Of a stretch of 64,000 bases of DNA, positions 46,371-53,923 are shown piece by piece. Numbering within the stretch: the stretch's first letter is position 1; each line of letters starts with the position of its first letter. Position numbers and translations under genes: made by a program. The notes below the pieces were generated by a model. It was not told the DNA's origin and did not search any database. It saw nothing but the letters and a program-made list of their open reading frames with translations. The stretch comes from an uncultured Chloroflexia bacterium (GTDB lineage Bacteria > Chloroflexota > Limnocylindria > Limnocylindrales > CSP1-4), in the NCBI GenBank assembly GCA_963731635.1, contig CAVSWB010000002.1, positions 418,465-482,464 of the forward strand, given 5' to 3'.

Positions 46371-47152
46371 TGCTGCCGCGCGGGGAGATCCTGGCATGGC
46401 GGGCGGACCATGCACCGTGGGCTGACGAAGACGACGTCGAGCAGGACCTGCTCCTGACCCGCGCCCTATGCGACATTTTTGCTGACCCGTTTCTCCATGA
46501 GCGTCTGGCGTTCCGGGGCGGGACGGCCCTTCACAAGCTGCACCTTCCTCCGGCGGCGCGCTACTCGGAGGACCTCGACTTCGTGCAACGCAAGCCAGAA
46601 CCGATCGGGCCGACGCTTGATCGGCTGCGTTCTGTCCTGGGTTGGCTTGGGCGGGGCCGCTCGGAGATCGGCGAGCACCCGAAACTGAGCTTCCAGTTCG
46701 CTACCGAGGCGACTCGACAGACCCGGCGTCTCAAGATCGAAATCAACACCCACGAGCATTTCGGGAGCGTCCTCGAGTTGCCGTTCACGGTGACCTCGCG
46801 CCCGCTGACAGCAAAGGTCGCGATCCCGACCTACTCGCTCAACGAACTCCTCGCGACCAAGCTCCGGGCTCTGTACCAGCGGCGCAAGGGGCGCGACTTG
46901 TTCGATCTCTGGTATGCGAACGAGAGAGGGAAGATCGCGCCCCAAGAGATCGTTCGGCTATTCGGCGTCTACTTCGCAGGCTCCGGGCTCGCGGTCCCGA
47001 GCCGCGCGAGCTTCGAGCGCAATCTCGCGGCCAAGGGGTCTTCTGGCGTGTTCGCCGAGGTCGGCCCGCTGCTCCGACCGGGGATCGCTTGGGACCCTGC
47101 GACCGCTCTCGAGTGGCTCAGTGCCGAGTTACTGCAGTACCTCTACAGCTGA
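46370..47152 (+). CDS. AbiEii/AbiGii-family nucleotidyltransferase toxin (DUF1814)
   Basis: NTase motif FRGGTALHKLHLPPAARYSEDLDF (hG[GS]...D.D) and conserved K/R-rich C-terminal region. Translationally coupled to AbiEi. Confidence 0.75.
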   Translation: MLPRGEILAWRADHAPWADEDDVEQDLLLTRALCDIFADPFLHERLAFRGGTALHKLHLPPAARYSEDLDFVQRKPEPIGPTLDRLRSVLGWLGRGRSEIGEHPKLSFQFATEATRQTRRLKIEINTHEHFGSVLELPFTVTSRPLTAKVAIPTYSLNELLATKLRALYQRRKGRDLFDLWYANERGKIAPQEIVRLFGVYFAGSGLAVPSRASFERNLAAKGSSGVFAEVGPLLRPGIAWDPATALEWLSAELLQYLYS

Positions 47153-47173
47153 TGAGCGGGCGCGGCGGTTGCC

Positions 47174-49564
47174 ATGAGTGAGCGCGATGCCGTGAACCCC
47201 GACGAGCTGCGCCTTGAGCTGGAGGGTCTCCGGGCCGAGAACCGGCGCCTGCGGTCGCTGCTCGGGTTGGATGTCCCCGAAAGGGCGACGTCCGCACCGC
47301 CGCCCGCGCCCGACTGGGAGCCAACGCTCTTCCGTGATCCGTTGGCGTCAACGGGTCGGGTGCCCGTGGACAACCGTTCCTCACCGGAGTCCAAGGTTGC
47401 GCTCTTCCGGTCGTTGTTCGCGGGGCGCGGTGACGTCTACGCCGCGAGGTGGGAGAACGAGCGCAGCGGGAAGTCGGGATGGAGCCCTGTGGTCGTCGGT
47501 GGTCCGGCCAACGCTCGGCGGCAAGATCGTGAGTACGTGCCGCTGGACGACGGGATCATCGCTGCGCACCTGACGGGTCGGGTGCACGTCGGCCTGTACC
47601 CGCTGTTGCGCGACGACAGATGCCGGCTTCTCGTGTGCGACTTCGACGGCCCGACCTGGCCCCTCGATGTAGGTGCGTACGTCGACGCGGCGAAGGTCGC
47701 TGGAGTCCCTGTGGCGCTGGAGCGCTCGCGATCGGGCGAGGGCGCCCACGTCTGGATGTTCTTCGGCGGTCCGGTCGTCGCATCGGCCGCGCGGCGGGTC
47801 GGTGCCCACTTGCTGCGCGAAGCGATGACTGTGCGAGCCGAGATCGATCTCGCAAGCTACGACCGGCTCTTCCCGGCCCAGGACTTCATGCCGAATGGAT
47901 CGTTCGGCAACCTGATCGCGCTGCCGCTCCAGGGGGCTTGTCGGCGCCGAGGCACTACCGTCTTCCTGGACCCGTCGACACTTCGGCCATTTGACGACCA
48001 GTGGGCCTTCCTTTCCTTGCTCGGTCGCAGCTCTCCAGAAGCGATCGAGTCAATGGCCGAGTCGGTGCGCCAGGTGGCCGCCGGCCCTCTGGAGTCGACC
48101 TATCGGCCACCGCGTGGGCGTGAAATGCCGAAGGCACCGACTACCGTTATGGCCGATGCCGGGGCGATGCTCTCGATCGATCGGATCGGCCTCCCGCCGG
48201 CTCTGCTCGCGGGGCTCAAGCATCTGGCCTCGCTCCACAACCCCGAGTACTACGAGAAGGAGCGGCTGCGCCTCTCAACCTGGAAGACGCCGCGCTTCCT
48301 TCGCTGCTACGGCGAGTCTTTCGACCGACTGCTGCTACCGCGCGGCCTGCGCGAAGCGGCCGAAGCGATCGTCGCCGAGGCAGGCAGCCGTCTCGTCGTG
48401 CGGGAACAACACCCGGACCTGGCCCGGATCGAGGTTCAGCTGCAGGCGACGCTGCCGGCGGGTCAGCAGGATGCACTCGATGCGCTTTGTCGCCACGATC
48501 TGGGCGTGCTCGTCGCGCCGCCCGGTGCCGGCAAGACCGTGCTGGCGTGCGCGGTCATCGCTCATCGCGCGGTGCCCACGCTCGTGATCGTCGATCGCCA
48601 ACCGCTCCTTGAGCAGTGGCGCGAGCGCCTCGTGACTCACCTTGGCATGAACCGAAAGCAGATCGGCGTCGTCGGGGCGGGCCGACGCCGACCACACGGC
48701 GTCGTCGACATCGCGATGGTGCAGTCGCTGGCACGGCGCGACGATGTCACAGGGTTGACGGCGGGGTACGGGTTCGTGGTCGTCGACGAGTGTCACCACG
48801 TGCCGGCCACCACGTTCGAGCGGGTGGTTCGTGAAATCGGAGCGCCCGCGTGGCTCGGGCTGACGGCCACACCCTACCGGCGCGATGGGCTCGAAGGGCT
48901 GATCACGATGTACTGCGGTCCCATCCGGCACCGCATGGGCGAACGCCAGACCGAGGACTCGGACTTCGTCCGCGCTCTCGTTGTCCATCCGACCGACCAC
49001 GTGGCCGCGCCGGCCGAGGCCGACACCCCGGCCGGAATGTCGATCCAATCGGTCTTTCGGGGCCTCGTCGAGGATGAGGACCGGACGCGGCTGATCTGCG
49101 CGGACGTCGCCACGGCTGTTCGTGCGGGCCGCAATTGCCTCCTCCTGTCGCAGTGGACCGAGCACATCGCATCGCTCGGAGCCTTGCTCGCGGAGCTTGG
49201 AATAGAGGCTGACGTCCTGCAGGGCGGCGTTGGCAAGAAGGCGCGGCGCGTCATCACCGACCGACTTGCCGGGGCTCGATCCGGGGACGGCGTCGTGCTG
49301 CTAGCCACCGGCAGCTTCCTTGGCGAGGGCTTCGACTGCCCGCCGCTTGACACGCTGTTTCTTGCGTTCCCCATCGCGTTCAGGGGACGGTTGGTCCAGT
49401 ACGCCGGTCGCGTCCTGCGACCGATCGACGGCAAGGCGCGGGTCGAGGTCCATGACTACGTGGACGCCCGCGTGCCCGTCCTTGCCCGCATGCATGCCAA
49501 GCGCCTCACGGCCTACGCGAGCCTCGGCTTCGATGTGGGCGAGAGACGGTTGGCACGGTGGTGA
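47174..49564 (+). CDS. Fusion protein: N-terminal archaeo-eukaryotic primase/polymerase (PrimPol) domain + C-terminal superfamily-2 DEAD/DEAH (ResIII/Helicase_C) helicase
   Basis: PrimPol-like N-domain: HLTGRVHVGLYPL, catalytic LLVCDFDGP (DxD) and SGEGAHVWMFF (sxH). Helicase: Walker A APPGAGKT, DExH VVVDECHH, motif III TATP, Helicase_C LLATGSFLGEGFDCP...QYAGRVLR. 796 aa. Confidence 0.6.
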   Translation: MSERDAVNPDELRLELEGLRAENRRLRSLLGLDVPERATSAPPPAPDWEPTLFRDPLASTGRVPVDNRSSPESKVALFRSLFAGRGDVYAARWENERSGKSGWSPVVVGGPANARRQDREYVPLDDGIIAAHLTGRVHVGLYPLLRDDRCRLLVCDFDGPTWPLDVGAYVDAAKVAGVPVALERSRSGEGAHVWMFFGGPVVASAARRVGAHLLREAMTVRAEIDLASYDRLFPAQDFMPNGSFGNLIALPLQGACRRRGTTVFLDPSTLRPFDDQWAFLSLLGRSSPEAIESMAESVRQVAAGPLESTYRPPRGREMPKAPTTVMADAGAMLSIDRIGLPPALLAGLKHLASLHNPEYYEKERLRLSTWKTPRFLRCYGESFDRLLLPRGLREAAEAIVAEAGSRLVVREQHPDLARIEVQLQATLPAGQQDALDALCRHDLGVLVAPPGAGKTVLACAVIAHRAVPTLVIVDRQPLLEQWRERLVTHLGMNRKQIGVVGAGRRRPHGVVDIAMVQSLARRDDVTGLTAGYGFVVVDECHHVPATTFERVVREIGAPAWLGLTATPYRRDGLEGLITMYCGPIRHRMGERQTEDSDFVRALVVHPTDHVAAPAEADTPAGMSIQSVFRGLVEDEDRTRLICADVATAVRAGRNCLLLSQWTEHIASLGALLAELGIEADVLQGGVGKKARRVITDRLAGARSGDGVVLLATGSFLGEGFDCPPLDTLFLAFPIAFRGRLVQYAGRVLRPIDGKARVEVHDYVDARVPVLARMHAKRLTAYASLGFDVGERRLARW

Positions 49565-49776
49565 CGGACCTCGTGGAGGCGACTGATCCAGCCACTCTTC
49601 GGCGGATAGAAGAGGCAGGGCTGACGCCTGCTTCCAGAGGCAATTCCGGCCTCCCTACCGGTAGCAACAGCCGGTAGCAACAGGGGCGAACATCGGCGAA
49701 TTCGAGGCCCGGGAATCGGGCCCATTCCCTCGTGAGATCAGCCATCGGCGAACCCCCGCGAACCCCCTGACCCAGA

Positions 49777-49830
49777 CTTGAAAACCGTAGAGCGCAAGCT
49801 CCCTGGGTTCGAATCCCAGCCTCTCCGCCA
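49777..49830 (+). repeat. att-like junction C: second divergent tRNA-Ser 3' half (cttgaaaaccgtagagcgcaagctccctgggttcgaatcccagcctctccgcca)
   Basis: Same architecture as junction B, with its own variable and T arms. Embedded in a ~330-bp repeat shared with 58440-58860. Confidence 0.6.
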
Positions 49831-50002
49831 ACATTGTGAGCGTGAATTGGCCATTTTCGTGGCCTAAACGGGCCCTTTGTGTCCAAAGCCGGTAGCAATC
49901 GTCGGTAGCAACGGCGCACACAGCCGAACAACGCCGAACAGAACGCAGCGGTCCTCGAGACCGAGCCATTGCCAGCACCGGTGGTCTTTCTAAGCCTCGT
50001 CG

Positions 50003-50233
50003 ATGGCCGGGAGCGCGCTCTGGCTCGTCGCTGGATTGGCCCTCTTCGCCGCCGGGCTCGGTTGGCTCGGGGTGTCGGCTCTCTCGCGCGTGTGGCAGCC
50101 GCTGGCCGTCGGCGGTGCGGCCGTTGGTCTCGTGGTGCTGGTCCTCTTCTTCCACCCGTTCTACCTGGTCGCGGTGCTGATCAACGTGGCGATCTTGGTG
50201 CTCATCTCGGGCGCCCTCGCACCGGCGAGATAA
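50003..50233 (+). CDS. Small hypothetical membrane protein (2 TM)
   Basis: 76-aa ORF, entirely hydrophobic (LWLVAGLALFAAGLGWLGVSALS...). Weak call. Confidence 0.3.
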   Translation: MAGSALWLVAGLALFAAGLGWLGVSALSRVWQPLAVGGAAVGLVVLVLFFHPFYLVAVLINVAILVLISGALAPAR

Positions 50234-50259
50234 GGCGGCCGAGCCCTAGAAGGTTCTAG

Positions 50260-50715
50260 TCACTTGCCGAACATCTCCTGGGCCGGCCATTGCAGCCACA
50301 GCTGCGCCAGGAGAATCGCGACGTTCAGCGTCATCGCAACCCCGGTGTTCAGCATCGAGCGGAGTTCGGTCGGCGACCCTGGCCAGGCGCCTGCGATGAG
50401 CCCGACGCCGGCGATCGACGCGATGGCGGACGCCACCGCGATCTGCCGCCAGGGTGCGTCCGGGACAAGGATCCCCCAGAAGGACAGCGCGGCCAGCAGG
50501 AAACCGACAGTAGCTACGAGCCAGAATGGGATCGCCACAGCTGCTGCCGCATTGGGCCCGAGCCCGGGCACGAGCCACGACCGCACGCCGACAATCGAAG
50601 CTGAGACGCCACCGACGGCCTGACTAGCGAGCCCACCGAGAGCGATGGCGTGCGCGATGGCGTGGGCGCCGAGCGCGACGACGATGATGATCCCTAGAAC
50701 CGAGGGGGAGAACAT
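50260..50715 (-). CDS. Hypothetical 4-TM membrane protein (paralog of 52672..53106)
   Basis: MFSPSVLGIIIVVALGAHAIAHAIALGG...WLVPGLGPN...FWGILVPDAPWR is about 40% identical to the paralog (AAGVLLLHGLGHGGALGA...WLVPSLPTD...FWGVVIPGSVWR). Start trimmed to the ATG giving MFSP. Confidence 0.45.
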   Translation of the reverse strand: MFSPSVLGIIIVVALGAHAIAHAIALGGLASQAVGGVSASIVGVRSWLVPGLGPNAAAAVAIPFWLVATVGFLLAALSFWGILVPDAPWRQIAVASAIASIAGVGLIAGAWPGSPTELRSMLNTGVAMTLNVAILLAQLWLQWPAQEMFGK

Positions 50716-51087
50716 GGCTCCTGTCCTTGTCAGACTTGAGTGGCTGGCGCGGCCCGGTCGGTCGACTGTTCGGAGGTCGGGACTAACCGGAGGATGGGGA
50801 ACGTCCGGTTGGTCGCACGGGCGTACCGCTCGTATGCGGGGTTGCGACGTAGGATCCGCTGCCACCAGTCGGCCGGGCCTAAGGAGGGTCTGTTTGACCT
50901 CAGGTAGTCGAGCCCCTCAGTGAGCGCTGCAGGCCGGCTACCTCAGTCTCTATTAGTGGGGGCACGGTAGCAACGGCGGACAGAGCCGAACAACGCCGAA
51001 CAGAACGCAGCGGTCCTGTAGACCGCGCACGGCCCGTCGACGGGCGAGTAGGGGAGGAGCCGCTGACGAGATCTGAACTTCCGACTG

Positions 51088-51945
51088 TCAATCGGACCGT
51101 CTTTCTACTGGCGTGGGAACGAGGGTCGTTTGTCCGATCGCCCTCGCGAAGTACGCCAGAAGCCAAAGACTGACGCTCGCGATGGCGAGGTGGACCACGA
51201 CCACGGCCGGCTCTAGTGCACGGCCACTGAGTAGCCCGTCTAGCTCGGCAGAAGCAGCGAAGGCCAGCCCATTGAGCCCTGAGACCAGGAGCAATCCGGA
51301 GGCCGCAACGTAGCCAAGGGCTATTCGCCGCCAAAGGAGCGCGCCACCGAGGAGCAGTACCGGCGTGCCCAACGCATAGTCGACGACCCACTGGGGGCGC
51401 ATCCCGGTCTGGCTTGAGGGGTTGCCGAGCGAAGCGCCGACGGTGGCCGTCAAACCGACATAGGCGAGGACGGAGATAAGGACCAGCGCAATCCCAACAC
51501 GTCGTGCGGGTGCCACGGCAAGACGCCGGTGGACCTCCTCGGCGTCAATGCTGGCCACGATGCCGGTCAGTGTCCATGCGCTCAGCGTCACCACGGCGAC
51601 ATACGCGAAGAACAGCCCGCTAAGAGGGGCGGCCACCAGGTACAAGGCGTCGGCATAGAGGGCGTAGAAGAGCGCACCCGGCCAGAGAAGCAGGCCCAGG
51701 AGTGATCCGCGTTTCGCGAGCAAAATCGAGCCCAGCAGAATGGGCAACCCGAGGAAGAGATTGGCGGCGTCGCCTCCGCGCGAAACCTGGACAAGTGGCG
51801 ACTCGGGGTCGTACACGCCGTTAGAGCCCAGCACAAGCCCCGCAATCGAAGCCGCTGCGAGGGCGAGTGCCACCATGAGCGAGGAGGCGTATGCAACGCT
51901 GAGGTCACGCCTGAGTGGCAGGGTGGCTTCGATCTTCGATGTCAT
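51088..51945 (-). CDS. Polytopic membrane protein (about 8 TM), unknown function
   Basis: Start set at the ATG (MTSKIEATL) that overlaps the upstream gene's stop (ATGA). Multiple hydrophobic helices. The Arg-rich N-terminal extension is rejected. Confidence 0.5.
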   Translation of the reverse strand: MTSKIEATLPLRRDLSVAYASSLMVALALAAASIAGLVLGSNGVYDPESPLVQVSRGGDAANLFLGLPILLGSILLAKRGSLLGLLLWPGALFYALYADALYLVAAPLSGLFFAYVAVVTLSAWTLTGIVASIDAEEVHRRLAVAPARRVGIALVLISVLAYVGLTATVGASLGNPSSQTGMRPQWVVDYALGTPVLLLGGALLWRRIALGYVAASGLLLVSGLNGLAFAASAELDGLLSGRALEPAVVVVHLAIASVSLWLLAYFARAIGQTTLVPTPVERRSD

Positions 51946-52643
51946 CAGATGCCTCCTTCGGCCGCCGTGACAGGCCTGAGGCTCGCTGACGGCTTCGCGA
52001 TCCGGAGGGTTACAACGACGACCGTGCAGGCTAGCCAGAGCGCGTAAAGCGGGTAAGGCAGGTACGCGCTCAGCCATCCGTCGGCGGCCAGCGGCCCACC
52101 GTCGATGACAATTCCACACACCGGGATCAGCTGAGCGACGGCGGCTGCCAGCGAGAGCCATCCGAGCCAGGCCGGGAAGATCGCAGCCCGGAATATGAGC
52201 ACGGCGACCGCAAGCAGCATCACCGCGAGCGGCAGGTTTGCGACCACGAATAGGGCATCCATGATTCCTATGAGCGCGGGCTGACCCGCGTCATGCGCGG
52301 CGCTGGCGAGGCCGACCTGGAAGGCGAGCGCCGCGAGCGTGATCGCCGTCGACGCGACGCCCGCGCCCATCGCCAGGTTCGACAGCCGGGCGCTGCCACC
52401 TTCGGCCTGCGAGAGGAAGCTCCGCAGGCTCCCGAGGAACCAGAGGAAGAAGCCAGCGCCGACAACGAACAGCAGGGCTTGAGCCCGGAGCGCCCCCTGA
52501 TTCTCCGCGTAGTGCGCGACGATCGTCGCGACCGGATCGCTCGCACTCAGCGCGCCGCGCTCAAACAGCATCGCGGCAGCGCCAGTCGCGATCGCGCCGA
52601 AGCCACTTGCGGCGCCCCAGCACTCCCATTGCATCTCGTTCAT
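51945..52643 (-). CDS. Membrane protein (4-6 TM), unknown function
   Basis: Hydrophobic helices alternating with short loops. Coupled to the downstream membrane protein gene. Confidence 0.5.
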   Translation of the reverse strand: MNEMQWECWGAASGFGAIATGAAAMLFERGALSASDPVATIVAHYAENQGALRAQALLFVVGAGFFLWFLGSLRSFLSQAEGGSARLSNLAMGAGVASTAITLAALAFQVGLASAAHDAGQPALIGIMDALFVVANLPLAVMLLAVAVLIFRAAIFPAWLGWLSLAAAVAQLIPVCGIVIDGGPLAADGWLSAYLPYPLYALWLACTVVVVTLRIAKPSASLRPVTAAEGGI

Positions 52644-52671
52644 GACAGCACTCCTTGTCTGTGTCGTTCGC

Positions 52672-53106
52672 TCAGCTGACCAACACGGCTGCGGATGGCC
52701 AGCGCAGCCAGAGCACGGCGACGAGGACGGCGACGTTCACGGCCAGGGCCGCGAAGGTGTTGAACATCGGCCACGTACCGAAGAAGAGCGTGATCCCGGC
52801 GATCGAGGCGAGCGCGGACGCCACGGCCAGCGGCCGCCAGACGCTGCCCGGGATGACGACGCCCCAGAACGACATCGCCGCGATGGCGAATCCGGCCAGC
52901 GACGCGATCCAGAGCGCACTGGCGAGCGTCGTCGCCGTGTCCGTCGGAAGGGACGGGACGAGCCACGAGCGGGCCGCGAGCCAGCCGCCCGTCGGCGTGC
53001 CGGGGCGGAACCGGATCCACGCCAGAGCTCCCAGGGCTCCGCCATGGCCGAGCCCGTGCAGGAGCAGCACACCGGCTGCAACGAGCTTGATGGTCTGGTC
53101 AGACAT
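52672..53106 (-). CDS. Hypothetical 4-TM membrane protein (paralog of 50260..50715)
   Basis: See the paralog. Start at the ATG giving MSDQTIKLVAAGVLLLHGLGHGG. Confidence 0.5.
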   Translation of the reverse strand: MSDQTIKLVAAGVLLLHGLGHGGALGALAWIRFRPGTPTGGWLAARSWLVPSLPTDTATTLASALWIASLAGFAIAAMSFWGVVIPGSVWRPLAVASALASIAGITLFFGTWPMFNTFAALAVNVAVLVAVLWLRWPSAAVLVS

Positions 53107-53110
53107 GTCT

Positions 53111-53551
53111 CTACGCCTCCTGTGGCTCGACACGGAACACGGGGTGGTCAGCGGGGTCGGGGAGCGCCGCAAAGAACTCGCGTGCCCGCCAACCCATGTG
53201 CTCGCGGTAGGCGGTCACGACACGGTCGTGTTCGTCGCCGCAGACCTCGACCGCGCGGAACGGCTCGTGCGTCCGGCCCCTCCGCAACTCGCCCTCTCCG
53301 GCAGCCCGCAGGTTGCGCACCCAGTGCGTCTCGCCGCCGCCCGAGACCAGGTAGCGACCGCCTTCGAACTCGAGCGTGGGGACAGGCGTCCTGATCGGGC
53401 GACCCGTTCGGCGACCGCGCACCGTGAGCGTGGGGCCGCCGAGCCAGAGCGTGATGGGGTTCACCACGCGGCTCATGAAGAACCGCGAAGGCACGTACGG
53501 ACGCGGTCCCGGCTCCTTCGTGGACATCGGATCGTCAATCTGCTGCATCGG
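53111..53551 (-). CDS. Deazaflavin (F420H2)-dependent nitroreductase/oxidoreductase, DDN family
   Basis: Signature TGRPIRTPV..EFEGGRYLVSGGGETHWVRNL..GEGEL matches the DDN/PPOX-class F420-dependent family (TGRPR.....DG.YYLV.S.GG....WYRNL). Length about 146 aa. Confidence 0.7.
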   Translation of the reverse strand, partial: PMQQIDDPMSTKEPGPRPYVPSRFFMSRVVNPITLWLGGPTLTVRGRRTGRPIRTPVPTLEFEGGRYLVSGGGETHWVRNLRAAGEGELRRGRTHEPFRAVEVCGDEHDRVVTAYREHMGWRAREFFAALPDPADHPVFRVEPQEA

Positions 53552-53807
53552 AAAGCTCCTTCGATTGTTCGGTTGTCGGCGCTCGGACCTCCGCCGACTC
53601 GGCCGCGGCGTGGATGAGTTGCGCAGCAATGAGCCCAAGGCCCGCGTCCCGCAGTCGGGTCATCAGCCCGTACAGGGCGGCTTGATCGACGGCGGCGAAG
53701 ATCAGCAGCGAGTCGCCGCCCGGCAGCAGCCGGAGCTCTTCGCAACCAAGGAAGCGGGCGCGTCGCTGGTCGAGGTGGCCGGCGACTCGGATCTCGTAGC
53801 GGTTCAT
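53535..53807 (-). CDS. Small hypothetical protein
   Basis: 90-aa ORF between the LAL regulator and DDN (MNRYEIRVAGHLD...). No motif recognised. Confidence 0.3.
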   Translation of the reverse strand: MNRYEIRVAGHLDQRRARFLGCEELRLLPGGDSLLIFAAVDQAALYGLMTRLRDAGLGLIAAQLIHAAAESAEVRAPTTEQSKELSDAAD

Positions 53808-53923
53808 GCCACGATGTTCGGGCTCGGGCATCGCAGACGCGCCTCGCGGAAGGCCGGTCTTTGGGCGCTCGCGTCCCCTGCCAAAAGGAGGGGATCAGGC
53901 AGGGACGAGGCGCCGCCGCGGCT

